Source of the DNA: a virus
Virus record (IMG/VR): IMGVR_UViG_3300044609_000960
Location: 1-64,000 of that record
DNA length: 64,000 nucleotides
Direction: 5' to 3' (one strand)
The position numbers were made by a program, and so were the translations under genes. Shown here one piece after another: positions 37,658-48,204 of the stretch. The notes beneath the pieces are model-generated. The model had not been told where the DNA came from. It did no database searches and was given only the letters and a program-made list of their open reading frames with translations. Every line of letters begins with the position of its first letter. Within the stretch, counting starts at the first letter, position 1.

Positions 37658-38587
37658 TTAACTATTGTAATTTTTATTAATTCCAAAGGGGATTTCTTGG
37701 AGCGCGGAGGTTAATGGATCTGAGTTAGGCACTGTTCCGGCCTCATTTCTCCATAGTCCAGAGTCTATCTTTAACTTAAACCAATCTGGGTAAGGATTGA
37801 CATTCCCCTTATAACATTTCCAAACTTTTTGTAGATTACCCGACGTTACCTTGGTATTATCTACTACTCGAGTACCATCATCGTCTATTGAATAGGCAAT
37901 TCTAGGAATAAATTCGTAGGTAGCTGTGCCATCCAATTCCTCAGAACATTCCAACTCAAGAGAATCTGATATTCCTCGTGGGCATCTAGGATCTTCTACA
38001 ATATACTCCTCTGTATATTCTGTATTTATGACCCGTCTCCAAACAGCCAATCCAGTAAACTTCTGATTAGGGTCTAAAAGACATTTACGTTTTGGCAAGA
38101 AGTCTTCGATAGAGATGGGGTCAAATGCAGCACATGGTTGAGAGTAAAATCTTCCATCAGCAACTAGAACCTCAACGGAATAAGTTTGTTCGTAAATAAA
38201 CTGAGATGCATCAGTAACTTGAACAAATCTCTCATTCTCTAATTCAAATCCGGTTTGGAATTCAAGACCCGGCACCTCTGGTACCCATCCAGTTACAGAG
38301 TCGGCAATAAGATCGAGGATTGGGAGAGAAAAACTATGTCCTTCTCTTTGGGTTTGCTTCTGGATGAGAGTTATAGTATAAGTAAGCTTTCTATTCCTAA
38401 TAGTAGGAATATAGGCGCCTTTATTTGGGTTATTTGTAGAGCTGGATGAAAAACTGACAATAATCATTGCCTGTTCAGCAACTCTTCCCGACTCATCGAT
38501 CTCCTCAGCAAGACGAATCACCACAGCGCTCTGTCCAAGAGTCCCATGGACCCTCTTATGGAGTTGATTCTCAATCTCTAAGAGCAT
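37658..38587 (-). CDS. Gp37-like tail terminator/completion protein with C-terminal extension
   Basis: Position downstream of gp36-like gene; N-terminal EIENQL..RV...LPILDLI...VTGW.P pattern. Confidence 0.5.
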   Translation of the reverse strand: MLLEIENQLHKRVHGTLGQSAVVIRLAEEIDESGRVAEQAMIIVSFSSSSTNNPNKGAYIPTIRNRKLTYTITLIQKQTQREGHSFSLPILDLIADSVTGWVPEVPGLEFQTGFELENERFVQVTDASQFIYEQTYSVEVLVADGRFYSQPCAAFDPISIEDFLPKRKCLLDPNQKFTGLAVWRRVINTEYTEEYIVEDPRCPRGISDSLELECSEELDGTATYEFIPRIAYSIDDDGTRVVDNTKVTSGNLQKVWKCYKGNVNPYPDWFKLKIDSGLWRNEAGTVPNSDPLTSALQEIPFGINKNYNS

Positions 38588-38590
38588 GGA

Positions 38591-38929
38591 TTAAAATTCC
38601 CCGCCGCTAATAAAATCTTGAAGTTCCCAGAAGCCTGTTGTGTAGTTATATAGCAAAGCATCTCCAGGTTTTACATTACGAATAAACCGCACATTGGCAA
38701 GATCTTGGATCTTACGATTTGCTTCCAACTCGATTACATATTGTCTTAGAGAGGCCGCATCTTGCTTATACTCACTCCCATCTGGGAATACGCCGATCCT
38801 GCCTCCAAGAACACCATACTGAGAACCATAATAACATCCACCACCAGACCCATCTGCCACAAGGTAAAATCCTGCTCCGTCAGGAGCAGCGGGGTTAAAT
38901 GGATCATAGCCATAAGTCTGATTTGCCAT
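38591..38929 (-). CDS. Small virion protein
   Basis: DLANV...GDALLYN..TG.WE fibre-type motif. Confidence 0.6.
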   Translation of the reverse strand: MANQTYGYDPFNPAAPDGAGFYLVADGSGGGCYYGSQYGVLGGRIGVFPDGSEYKQDAASLRQYVIELEANRKIQDLANVRFIRNVKPGDALLYNYTTGFWELQDFISGGEF

Positions 38930-39723
38930 TAGAACGTGTCTCCTGTTTGTAATCCGTCGTAATTATCAAATGTACCATCGGCAGTTTCCGTGGTATTTAT
39001 TGCGTTAAGTGTATCTCCGTCTTGTGGATCAACAGCATCTGAAGTATTTGTAAACGCAGAGAGATCTCTTGTGGATTCAAGTGCATCTACTAGTTGATTA
39101 ATATCAAGAGCCGATCCGGGCATTGTTGTTTCAATGCCAAGTGCGTTTCCATCAAGAGCTTCTGAATATGTCCGTGGTGAGGACATGGCTTCTTTACGTG
39201 GGAATTGGAAGAAACGATTATTTCCGCCTTCTCTTTGAACCCAACGATTTGTGGAATTTTCCGTGAAACTTCTACCCCTTCTATAGGAACTCTTAGTCAT
39301 TGAGCAAGCACCGCCCCAATAGCGATATGCTTCTTGCCATTTAAGTCCGGTGGATGGAGAGGCTTTAGCCGCCCATAATTCGAGTTGCTGAAGAGCTTGT
39401 TCAGCAGCATCAATTACTTGTTGACGTGGGCGGAGAATATCTAAATACCATCGAGCCAAGATGGCCTGGGTACGACGATAAGACCCAGCAATAAGAATCT
39501 TCCCTTGAGGTGGGGCCGTTAGTATATAATTATTAATTAACGTCGCAGCATCATTAAGAGCAATTTGGATCTTATCAAAATTGATATTATTTCCTGTTGG
39601 ATTGTCAATATTTGACAACTCCACGGCTTCTTGATATCCAAAAACCTCAATAAAGTAATCCACAGTTGCCGGATTACAATTATCCGCTACTCCAAACTTG
39701 TCTGGATAAGGAGAATTCGGCAT
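38929..39723 (-). CDS. Mu gp36-like (DUF1320) head-tail adaptor
   Basis: FG..EAVELS...IQIALNDA..LINNYI...ILARWYL. Confidence 0.75.
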   Translation of the reverse strand: MPNSPYPDKFGVADNCNPATVDYFIEVFGYQEAVELSNIDNPTGNNINFDKIQIALNDAATLINNYILTAPPQGKILIAGSYRRTQAILARWYLDILRPRQQVIDAAEQALQQLELWAAKASPSTGLKWQEAYRYWGGACSMTKSSYRRGRSFTENSTNRWVQREGGNNRFFQFPRKEAMSSPRTYSEALDGNALGIETTMPGSALDINQLVDALESTRDLSAFTNTSDAVDPQDGDTLNAINTTETADGTFDNYDGLQTGDTF

Positions 39724-39767
39724 AATTTAAGTCTATTCCTACTAGAACTTTAAACTATGGTATAATT

Positions 39768-40091
39768 ATGCGTATGAGTCTACATAGCGCCTATCTTAAG
39801 TCCTTAGAATTAGCCTTAAATAGGAATATAAGAACAGATACATTCGTAATTAGAAGAACTGTATCTTATCTTAAAAAAGCAGTTTCAGATATCTATGATT
39901 CGGATCCTAAGATTGTCCGTCAAATCTCCGATAAACTCGATGAGTATTTAAACTCAACGGTCCATCTTGAGGTACAGTTAGAGACACTCTTTGGAGATAA
40001 TAATGATCCACTAAGCAATAGAATTTATGAAGTAAATATCGCAAAACTTCACGAACTCAAAGCTAAGGTAGATTTTTTCTTATCACCATAA
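39768..40091 (+). CDS. Hypothetical protein inserted antisense in the head operon
   Basis: TGGTATAAT immediately upstream. Confidence 0.6.
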   Translation: MRMSLHSAYLKSLELALNRNIRTDTFVIRRTVSYLKKAVSDIYDSDPKIVRQISDKLDEYLNSTVHLEVQLETLFGDNNDPLSNRIYEVNIAKLHELKAKVDFFLSP

Positions 40092-40114
40092 AAAAAAAGA
40101 GGCCCGAAGGCCTC
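40090..40114 (-). terminator. Intrinsic terminator after the capsid gene
   Basis: GAGGCC-TTCG-GGCCTC followed by T9 on minus strand. Confidence 0.9.
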
Positions 40115-40136
40115 AAAGAGATTATAGTGATTAGGC

Positions 40137-41117
40137 TCAGGCAACAGGATTGTTGAAGATGAAACCAGAACCACACTTGCCATTTTCACCCATGCCAACG
40201 AGCTCGAAGCTACGCTCAACAAGGATGTCGCCGGTGAATACTCTGCGCTCGATGTTGAAGCGCTCAGGAGTGGCGATAGGATAGCCACTGAGGGTATAGG
40301 TATAGGCGAAAGCAGGGTTGCCATAGTTGGCATCAAGAGCAGGCATGAAGCCATCGGTAGCTCCTGAAGGATGGTAGAAGAGAACAGCAACGTTGTTGTA
40401 GATATTCTCAAGAGTACCATCAGCAGCAAGCTTAAGACGACGTGCTACGCGGATCTCGTCAAGACCAAAGATCTGAGCGAGGGTCTTCTCATCAACGAGA
40501 ACACCGCGCTGCATGAAGTCACGAATACGCTTGTTACGCTTGAGGGCGTTAAAGGCGTCAGGTGAGATAACCATCTTGTTAGGATAGACACCGATCTGAG
40601 AGCGAACTTGCTCTTTGGCGTCGTCCATGAGGACCTCAACGTCAGCAGTTGGGCTATTGAACTGATCAGCACCACCATTATAGGTAGAAAGATCAAGAAC
40701 ATTACCAGTCTCATACTGGGTAGAATCGGTTACAATAGTAGCAACCTGAACTTCCCAAGACTGCATGAGGCGGTTGGCAGCGTCCTTAGCAGCAAACTGA
40801 CGAAGGTCAATTTGAGCAGCGCCGTTCTTGGCTTCAGCAGCGACTTCTTCGGCGATTTCCCAGCTGATCGCTTCCTGACGGAGAGCGAACGAACGGGTTC
40901 CGAATTCGTTCTGGATCTTCTGGATGTTAGTTCCAGGAGCGCGGAGGAACGACTGAGCCGCAAAAGCCTCCTTACCAAAAACGAGTGTGCGTCCAGCTCT
41001 GGTATTCATAGATACCGAGGGAGCGAAAAATGTAGCTACACCTTCAGCATTTTTGTAGCCTTGGGCGAGTTGCGTAAGAATTGGGTCAATTACGCGGACC
41101 TGATCTAGATTCATCAT
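40137..41117 (-). CDS. Major capsid protein
   Basis: IDPILTQLAQGYKN, FGKEAF, G.YPN.MVI, PAFAYTY; biased codons; order protease-cement-capsid. Confidence 0.88.
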   Translation of the reverse strand: MMNLDQVRVIDPILTQLAQGYKNAEGVATFFAPSVSMNTRAGRTLVFGKEAFAAQSFLRAPGTNIQKIQNEFGTRSFALRQEAISWEIAEEVAAEAKNGAAQIDLRQFAAKDAANRLMQSWEVQVATIVTDSTQYETGNVLDLSTYNGGADQFNSPTADVEVLMDDAKEQVRSQIGVYPNKMVISPDAFNALKRNKRIRDFMQRGVLVDEKTLAQIFGLDEIRVARRLKLAADGTLENIYNNVAVLFYHPSGATDGFMPALDANYGNPAFAYTYTLSGYPIATPERFNIERRVFTGDILVERSFELVGMGENGKCGSGFIFNNPVA

Positions 41118-41144
41118 AGTTAATTACTCTCCTTTAAGTATCTA

Positions 41145-41636
41145 TCAAGCGCCAGCTTCGTTACCGAGCTTGACACGAATGTACTGACCTGCAGTAGCAT
41201 TCACAGATGTGTCAAGAGCACGACCAAGAACAACGCCAGCACCGGCGGTCTTAGAAGCGGTTCCAGTAGCAGTAGCATACACAGCGTCATCTACACCAAA
41301 AGCGGCAGAAGCGGCATCGACTTCAACAATTACGATACCGGAGGTAACGATTGAAAGAAGGCCTTGGTAAGGGAATACGCTAGTTTTGAAAGGGGTTGTG
41401 GAAGGATTGAGTTGACCTTCGTAAACGAGGGTGGATCCGTCATCAACCTGATAGCCCTTAGCGGTGAGTTCACCTTGGCCAGGGGCAGCATAAACGCTAA
41501 CACCAGCAGCATAAGCGCCGGCAGCGGGATAAGCACCATTACGCTTTACGAATCTGTGAGCTTCAACAGCGGCTGTTGTCTGCACAGTTTCAACGTACTG
41601 GTGGTCAAAAGACATATAACGTGGGTCAGTTGCCAT
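41145..41636 (-). CDS. Capsid cement/decoration protein (DUF2190-like)
   Basis: Ala/Gly-rich; GIVIVE...VYA.A.G.A...LGRALD...GQYIRVKL. Confidence 0.75.
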   Translation of the reverse strand: MATDPRYMSFDHQYVETVQTTAAVEAHRFVKRNGAYPAAGAYAAGVSVYAAPGQGELTAKGYQVDDGSTLVYEGQLNPSTTPFKTSVFPYQGLLSIVTSGIVIVEVDAASAAFGVDDAVYATATGTASKTAGAGVVLGRALDTSVNATAGQYIRVKLGNEAGA

Positions 41637-41649
41637 TTTAGTTTACTCC

Positions 41650-43578
41650 TTATGAGTTATCTGAGATAATTGCCTTCAGAGCTACGGTGTATTCAACGCC
41701 TTTACTCTCGGCATACTCCAACGCTTGCACGTGGAGATCAGCGGTTGAGGGGTCGTAGATATAACCATCAGCTGAAGGTGTGATTGACTTCTTAGCTGCT
41801 GGAGCAGAAGCCTGGGTTGCGAATTCTTCAAAACTTACCATTGAGGGTAGATTCTCAAGAACATTTTTAAAGAAATCAAATTGTGAAGTCTTACCTGACT
41901 CCGAGAAGTTCACGGAATTCTTATTATTAAGAGTTTCCATGAAACGTACTAGATCAGTTTTAGGAACGATTTGCTGAGTAAGCTTGCCATCCCCATAGAG
42001 AGTTTCGCAGAAATCAGAGATTTCCTTCTCTCTCATCAACTTCTTCTGTCTGGCAAGTTCTTCTTCCAATTCGGCTACCCGAGCTTGTAGATTGCTCTGA
42101 ACTCCCATAGCTTTTTCGCTATGATCCAGAGTTCCTGTAGCCTCTTCTGGTGAGGTCTCTTCTGCCATATCGCTCATTTTCTTTTTCTCTTCTTCATCCT
42201 CGTCCTCTTCATAGCTCTTGCATCCTTCACCATTATCAGAAACTTCAGTTTCTTCCTCTGCTTCCTCTTCGGCGTAAGTTTGCTCTCCCTTAGGTTCTTC
42301 AGCACCCTTTACTTCTTTGGAAGTGGGATGCTCAGCTTCAGATGGCTTTTCACCTTCCTTAACCGTTTCACCCATATCCTCGGTTTCTTTCTCTTCATCT
42401 TCATCTCCCCCTTCATTTCCTTCCTTTTTAGCTTCAATAGCCTTTTTAAGTCCTTCGGGCATTTCGCCATAAGACATTCCATCACCTTCCATCATGGAAG
42501 CAGCATCAGTTTTAAGAGCTAGAGCCTTGATTAGCTCATCAATTTCGTATTCTGAGGCGAGTTGAGCGATCTTTTGATCATCTCCTTCCATATCTCCCGA
42601 CACGTCGTCGGTTTCCATTTCAGGACCCTCATCTCCACCTTCTTCAGCAGGCTCAGCCGGTGTATCAGCACCAGCCGGAGGCATATCTCCACCTTGGGTA
42701 TCGGTATCTGAATCCATGGCATCTGGAGTTCCGTCGCCATCATCATCAGAATCCATGGCATCTGGAGTTCCGTCCCCGTCAGCATCGGTGCTATCAGCAT
42801 CGTCAGTAGGGGGCTCATCAGCCATACTCATCATGGGATCTTCGGTGGGCATCTCTGCATCCATGCCATAGTCCATGTCATATTCAGCAGGCGCGCCGGT
42901 TTCAGAGATCTTATTTCCGTTATCATCGTATACATTAGCGCCAGATGTACCTCCGCCACCAATGTTAATATTAACAGTCATTCCCCCTTCGGAGTGTTCG
43001 ATCACCGAAGTAGGAGTTTCTGTTTTGGTTCTTTTCCTGGCCATAGTTTGATTTTTTCCTAAGTTTTCTTTAAACGAAATAGAAGACTCCCCTTCGGAGG
43101 GGGTGAATGTGATAGTTTCCGAATCGGAAATTTCGGAAAAAGCGGTTAGCCCTTTAACCGCTGGGATTGAAACCAATCCAAGATGCCTAAGGGCTAAGTT
43201 CCCAGGTGTGGGATTTGTTTCCGCTTCTGGTAAGTAAAATGAACTACTTACTTTTTTAAAAACTCCATCTCGTATTAGCTTTTCGGCCTTGGGGGTAAGT
43301 TCGACCTTACCCCAAAGCTCTTTGCCTTTTCTCCAGACTTTACGTACCCAACCAAGAGCGGGAGTTCCGTCATCTTGGTCATGGCCAATAATCAACGGAG
43401 CTTCATGCTGTTCTGGATTGTATGTATTTACAACCTGCTCGAGATCATCCTCAGTAAAGACCATTTTCTGGCCAGTTGAGGAGATCTGAGGACCAGCCCT
43501 AAACATCTCAATAAATACAACCTTTCGGGGTTGTTGAGATGAAAGAGGCTCTTTAGAGTTAAGTACGTGTTCTTTCAT
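41650..43578 (-). CDS. Mu I-like prohead protease/scaffold with long acidic insertion
   Basis: EMFRAG, APLIIGH, PALGWV, FKKVSSSFY, LRHLGL..IPAVKGL. Confidence 0.85.
   Translation of the reverse strand: MKEHVLNSKEPLSSQQPRKVVFIEMFRAGPQISSTGQKMVFTEDDLEQVVNTYNPEQHEAPLIIGHDQDDGTPALGWVRKVWRKGKELWGKVELTPKAEKLIRDGVFKKVSSSFYLPEAETNPTPGNLALRHLGLVSIPAVKGLTAFSEISDSETITFTPSEGESSISFKENLGKNQTMARKRTKTETPTSVIEHSEGGMTVNINIGGGGTSGANVYDDNGNKISETGAPAEYDMDYGMDAEMPTEDPMMSMADEPPTDDADSTDADGDGTPDAMDSDDDGDGTPDAMDSDTDTQGGDMPPAGADTPAEPAEEGGDEGPEMETDDVSGDMEGDDQKIAQLASEYEIDELIKALALKTDAASMMEGDGMSYGEMPEGLKKAIEAKKEGNEGGDEDEEKETEDMGETVKEGEKPSEAEHPTSKEVKGAEEPKGEQTYAEEEAEEETEVSDNGEGCKSYEEDEDEEEKKKMSDMAEETSPEEATGTLDHSEKAMGVQSNLQARVAELEEELARQKKLMREKEISDFCETLYGDGKLTQQIVPKTDLVRFMETLNNKNSVNFSESGKTSQFDFFKNVLENLPSMVSFEEFATQASAPAAKKSITPSADGYIYDPSTADLHVQALEYAESKGVEYTVALKAIISDNS
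42710..42774 (-). repeat. 26-bp direct repeat with 39-bp period encoding DxDGDGTPDAMDS twice
   Basis: GAATCCATGGCATCTGGAGTTCCGTC at 42710 and 42749. Confidence 0.9.
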
Positions 43579-43581
43579 TTA

Positions 43582-46500
43582 TCAGAATACTGATGCAGTA
43601 TTGAGAAGATAATTAAATCTTTCTTCATTTCTGGAGAATGAGTCGCTCAGTTGAGCCACTTGTCCCGCGGGGGTTCTTACGATAGTAACGAGTAGACGTT
43701 CTAGAGTTGGGCTTGTGGCCACATAGACATCGAGTCGTACAGATCCTCTTTCAAGGTCTTCGTTAGTATTATTAGCTGAAGAACAAACCACAAGATAGGC
43801 CTGTTCTGGTCTCGAGCCAAATAACGCGCCTTGACGGAAGAATTGTCCACATACCTGTGAGGCAATAGACTTAACTCTCGCGTATACTGTGCCCGCTGAA
43901 TCAATCTGCTCAAATAGGATGTCGTCAAAACTACGTCCTAGGACATCAATGAGAACATTGAGAATAGCACGAGTATTAACAAATTTAAACAGAGGATTGG
44001 GGGAAAGAGTTCTAGCTCCCCAAGTTACGATACCGCGGTTAGGAAGTGAACGAATTGGGTTCAGACCTAAGGCATAAGTAACTTCTTGTTGCTGAGCAGA
44101 AATTTCAAATTTCAGTCCAGCTGCACCACGTAGTGGATAACGAGCGCCGGCGGGAGGTTGCTGGAAACCTTCATTGACATATCTCGAACAGGCAATACCT
44201 GCTACATAACTTGAAGGAGCAATATAGCGATCATCAAGATTCTTCACATATGGGGCATAGAACGCGCCATGGCCATATGGAGCACCAGCGATACCCTTGA
44301 GATAATCAAGTTCATCTTGGACATTGGTGAGAGAAATCTCATCAGCTCCGCAGTCGATCAGAGCGAGATGTTGTGTTCCAACGATTCCTTCAGTAGAACC
44401 GAGTTTACCCTCTGCAGCCTTAAGAAGGGCTTGAGTAACTTTAACCCGCTCTTGACGAGCTTCGGTTTTGCTTGCAAGATCACCACCAGCCTCATATGTG
44501 AGAACTGTATAAGCCTCAGGAGCCAAGAGGAAACCAGGAGCTAATACTCTAGAATCCATACCCTGTTCGATGGCATAGACAAAATCATTTGCCTTTGCAT
44601 TTAGAGTGTACTTATATGACTCATAACCGGGGTTCTGATCAACTGAAACTAATTTGATAACATTAGAGTCGGGAAGACCAGCTCTTGTTGTTCCAGGATT
44701 AATCGGAGAACTTACGCCATTACGAGAAGTTACCTTAACCTTGAGTACATATTCATGCGAATAGAAACCATTAGGAACTGATTTATCAAGCGCGTAAGAA
44801 GCACCTGCTGTAATAGTTACATTTGCGGGTGTTACAGTGGCTGTGTCATTATCTGTTACGCCAGTAACAGTGAATCTAATTCCATTAGCAGTGAAGATAT
44901 CACCTTCAGCGAGTTCAGTTGTAAATGAGGTTAAGGTTCCTGTTACGGTACCACCACTAATTGCAATTGAACCAGTGAGTGCAATTTCATCAAGTTCTGG
45001 ACGAAGATACGGAGCACCTGCATCGGCTGTAAGAAGAGCAACTTGGTGACCATTGTTAGGAACGTAGGTGTCCCCAGAAACATTAGTTCCAGTAGCAACT
45101 GCTTCAACTTCATAATATCCATCAAGTTCTTTCTCGGTTAGGATTGCTTGAAGTTGGTCTCTAAGAGCATTAGCTAGATCATCTGGCTTAGCTCCATTAA
45201 CAATGATTACGCGATCTTCACCAGCTACATTGACATAAAATGCCTGAACTGAGTCGGGAAGATATCCATTGCGAGTGGTTATGCCACCAAGAGTTGTAAC
45301 TTCGCCACTTGGAACTGCATCTTGTCCACCACTTTGAATCTTGGCAAAAGTCGTAGTGCCGAGGTCGTAGGACCAGTAAGCAGCACTTGCATCAGCCCAA
45401 GATGTAGGAACTGTGTTTCCGGTGGAAAGATCCTTAGAAACAGCAACGATCTTATTATCAGGGATAGAAGCAGCATCTGCGTACACGTTCTGATCGATTA
45501 AGAAAGCCTTAACGATAGCAGACTGATCAGTCGCGGGGTCATAAGCGAGTTTTCTAACCGTTACAGCAGTTCCAGGAGCACCTGTAATCTGTACAAATGT
45601 GCCTCCAGAAGATGTTGCGAGTTGAATCGCATTTCCAGACTTATTAACTACGTAATATACTGAATTAAGTGTAAGATTTAATGTTCCTGCATTTGTTGTT
45701 TCAAGAACAACCTTATCACCATTGGCAAGTCCAGTTGAACTGTCTAATGTTACAGTGTCATTAACCGAGTCAAAAGCCGTAGTTCCGGCATTATATTCTG
45801 TAGAACTTTCAAGAAGGAAAGAACTAAGTTGACTTCCAGATACAAAGAGTACACCCTCCCCTGTAGCTTGGTCTCTAGATACACAACGGAAGTTAATCTC
45901 TTTTACCGAAGTATAAAATTTAACAACAGACTGCGTATTAAGATTTAAAGGAGAAGCGTAAGTAGTATCGCTAAATTGATAAGCTACAAACTTATCAATC
46001 TGAGGAAGACTTCTGGTATCTTTAGAAAGAATTCTAAATTTACCCTGAGTTGCCTCGGTGGCATTCTGCTCAATGCGATAATAATCAGCGAAACCATCAC
46101 CGTTCCCAGCGAGGAAAAGGTATAGATCACGAGCGTTATCTACTGCATCAAGAGCAGTTGTTGTGATTACACGAATTTCATCACCCTCATTATCGTTAAC
46201 TCCGATCGGGGTTCCGAAATACCTACCATTAATCTTAATTGCAAAAGCGTTATATCCAGCGCCAGCACCTGAAGCGGCGATGTCTACAACGGTTTCAGGA
46301 GTTGGAGTTACTCTAGTAAAATAGAGGATACCATTAACACCTACATTATCAAAGAAAGCTCTAACAGCATCGTATGATGCAAGAGCACCTTTGTTCCCTA
46401 CAGGAACACTTCCACCAACCTTCTCAAGATAATCGGCAACTGAACCGATTTGAGTAGGGGCGTAGGGCTCAAGAGCAGAATAGGCATTAATAGCGTCTTC

Positions 46501-46650
46501 TCCATAATAATCTTCGGTGGGTGTAGTACCAAAGATATATCCCACTGCATGAGTTGCAATGGGCTGCGGAAGAGAGCCAGTTGTTGCCTGAGCAACAAAG
46601 ACCCCCGGCCTATTCAATGTCGCGGCATTGATTCTGATTGGATTGGCCAT
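43582..46650 (-). CDS. Contractile tail sheath protein with inserted domains
   Basis: N-terminal RPGVFV; C-terminal APS..VAG, QPPAG, LNPIR, TWGARTL, FVNTR. Confidence 0.92.
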   Translation of the reverse strand: MANPIRINAATLNRPGVFVAQATTGSLPQPIATHAVGYIFGTTPTEDYYGEDAINAYSALEPYAPTQIGSVADYLEKVGGSVPVGNKGALASYDAVRAFFDNVGVNGILYFTRVTPTPETVVDIAASGAGAGYNAFAIKINGRYFGTPIGVNDNEGDEIRVITTTALDAVDNARDLYLFLAGNGDGFADYYRIEQNATEATQGKFRILSKDTRSLPQIDKFVAYQFSDTTYASPLNLNTQSVVKFYTSVKEINFRCVSRDQATGEGVLFVSGSQLSSFLLESSTEYNAGTTAFDSVNDTVTLDSSTGLANGDKVVLETTNAGTLNLTLNSVYYVVNKSGNAIQLATSSGGTFVQITGAPGTAVTVRKLAYDPATDQSAIVKAFLIDQNVYADAASIPDNKIVAVSKDLSTGNTVPTSWADASAAYWSYDLGTTTFAKIQSGGQDAVPSGEVTTLGGITTRNGYLPDSVQAFYVNVAGEDRVIIVNGAKPDDLANALRDQLQAILTEKELDGYYEVEAVATGTNVSGDTYVPNNGHQVALLTADAGAPYLRPELDEIALTGSIAISGGTVTGTLTSFTTELAEGDIFTANGIRFTVTGVTDNDTATVTPANVTITAGASYALDKSVPNGFYSHEYVLKVKVTSRNGVSSPINPGTTRAGLPDSNVIKLVSVDQNPGYESYKYTLNAKANDFVYAIEQGMDSRVLAPGFLLAPEAYTVLTYEAGGDLASKTEARQERVKVTQALLKAAEGKLGSTEGIVGTQHLALIDCGADEISLTNVQDELDYLKGIAGAPYGHGAFYAPYVKNLDDRYIAPSSYVAGIACSRYVNEGFQQPPAGARYPLRGAAGLKFEISAQQQEVTYALGLNPIRSLPNRGIVTWGARTLSPNPLFKFVNTRAILNVLIDVLGRSFDDILFEQIDSAGTVYARVKSIASQVCGQFFRQGALFGSRPEQAYLVVCSSANNTNEDLERGSVRLDVYVATSPTLERLLVTIVRTPAGQVAQLSDSFSRNEERFNYLLNTASVF

Positions 46651-46713
46651 AGAGATTTGAAGACACTATATCTTTCACTATTATCCTTAAACAAACAGCG
46701 AATTATAACTTGT

Positions 46714-46956
46714 TTATACGATAATATCTTTCTTGTATAGGAGAAAAAGCTCATTCATCAACCAGTCTGGACATGAGCTATGGCCACATCTCTTATACTC
46801 GAGAAGTTTCATTGATTTACGTAAAATTTTATTAAAATCATTTGTGTCTACGTATCTTGCGCATACTTTTACAAAAGACTTTAATTCAGTTTGATCCTGC
46901 TCGATACAGATAGAGCATAAAATGATAATTAATTTTAGCTTATCTGAATCAGTCAT
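46714..46956 (-). CDS. Hypothetical protein
   Basis: 80-aa ORF overlapping upstream gene. Confidence 0.6.
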   Translation of the reverse strand: MTDSDKLKLIIILCSICIEQDQTELKSFVKVCARYVDTNDFNKILRKSMKLLEYKRCGHSSCPDWLMNELFLLYKKDIIV

Positions 46957-47398
46957 TTTTAATAGAATCCATTGCGTCCTTATGGATCTGTGTCATGGCA
47001 ATAAATTTTGTCATTGGAACTTTCTCCATTTCTAGCACATTAACAAATGATCCATTTTGTATACCATAACAGGCTTTTAACCAGGAATATTTAGGGATAT
47101 AGTTGCATAAGATGTGCTCCTTTACGCAATTAAATATCCCGATGATTATTCTCTGAGTAAAAAGTCCAAAATTTATCCTATCTATGCTCAATAGAGTGAG
47201 GATATTTTGAATATCATCAAATGATACTCTTTTTTGTTCTTCATTTATTTCCTGCCCTTCATTATCTAGAATGAGATCTAAATATTCCAGATCTTGCCCA
47301 GTTATATCTCTAAAAAGTATTTTCCTTCCTTTGGAATCTTTTACTGTAATTGTGTAATCATGATTACGAACTACTTCAAATTCATGACGTTTCTTCAT
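46949..47398 (-). CDS. Tail assembly chaperone-like protein 2
   Basis: GGAGGAG RBS; ILFRDITGQDL; C-terminal W...MEKVPMTKF. Confidence 0.5.
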   Translation of the reverse strand: MKKRHEFEVVRNHDYTITVKDSKGRKILFRDITGQDLEYLDLILDNEGQEINEEQKRVSFDDIQNILTLLSIDRINFGLFTQRIIIGIFNCVKEHILCNYIPKYSWLKACYGIQNGSFVNVLEMEKVPMTKFIAMTQIHKDAMDSIKND

Positions 47399-47738
47399 CT
47401 CCTCCAAGTCCTAGGAGTTGATTAATGGCCGCTCCAAGCATTTTAAGTTGTCTTGCACGAAGTCTTTTTGCGTCTTTCAATGTAAGTCTTTTTTGACCAG
47501 GAGATGGTGAATGAAGAATACAGATAGTTTGCAACGTAGCTTCTACCTCAGAGATTTTTTTATCTTCAGAGATACGTGAGATCTCAATAAGATCATCAGC
47601 AGAGGGTTCTTTTAAACAAAGAAACTTACCGGAGGCAATTTCTACCGGAATTACTTCAGGTTCGCCAAAGTCAAATGCGTCGTCTTCAAATCCCACCTCT
47701 TCATCATGAGAGACTCTTGACATTTTGCTTATTGCCAT
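47382..47738 (-). CDS. Tail assembly chaperone (Mu gp41-like)
   Basis: LCLKEPSADDL...LTLKDAKRL...L..AINQL. Confidence 0.6.
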   Translation of the reverse strand: MAISKMSRVSHDEEVGFEDDAFDFGEPEVIPVEIASGKFLCLKEPSADDLIEISRISEDKKISEVEATLQTICILHSPSPGQKRLTLKDAKRLRARQLKMLGAAINQLLGLGGDEETS

Positions 47739-47805
47739 AGTGTTTATATAATGTCCAATTCTTTAAACCCCTTTGTTTAAATTTAAAATAGAGAGAAAAA
47801 TCGGT

Positions 47806-48204
47806 ATGGCGGTAAATAATAATCCATATGAGTCTTGGCAACGACTCCGTCAAAATTCCGATTATAGATCTACAGATACTCAGATAAATTCTTTAGTTCG
47901 TCAACAACTCTCCCAAGAAGAGTATTTAAGATCCTCTAATAGAGTTAATTCTGGTCCTAGGCAGATTACACGGGCCAATATGGCAAAAAACACTCCCCAA
48001 TCTCCGCATGTCTTAGCTCCAGAGGATATGTGGGGATGGCAAAATTGGGCTAATAAACCCTCCTCTGCAGAATCACCTTTGGCAACTGGATTAAGAGAAG
48101 AAAATACTACTACTACTGATATTCCCGGCGCCTCCTATCCTCCTGGTTATAATGTCGGTGGAATGACTGGTGGATGCAACTCATGTCGCAGGAGAAGATA
48201 CTAA
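47806..48204 (+). CDS. Hypothetical low-complexity protein ending GGCNSCRRRRY
   Basis: ORF after GTTTAAAT motif. Confidence 0.65.
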   Translation: MAVNNNPYESWQRLRQNSDYRSTDTQINSLVRQQLSQEEYLRSSNRVNSGPRQITRANMAKNTPQSPHVLAPEDMWGWQNWANKPSSAESPLATGLREENTTTTDIPGASYPPGYNVGGMTGGCNSCRRRRY

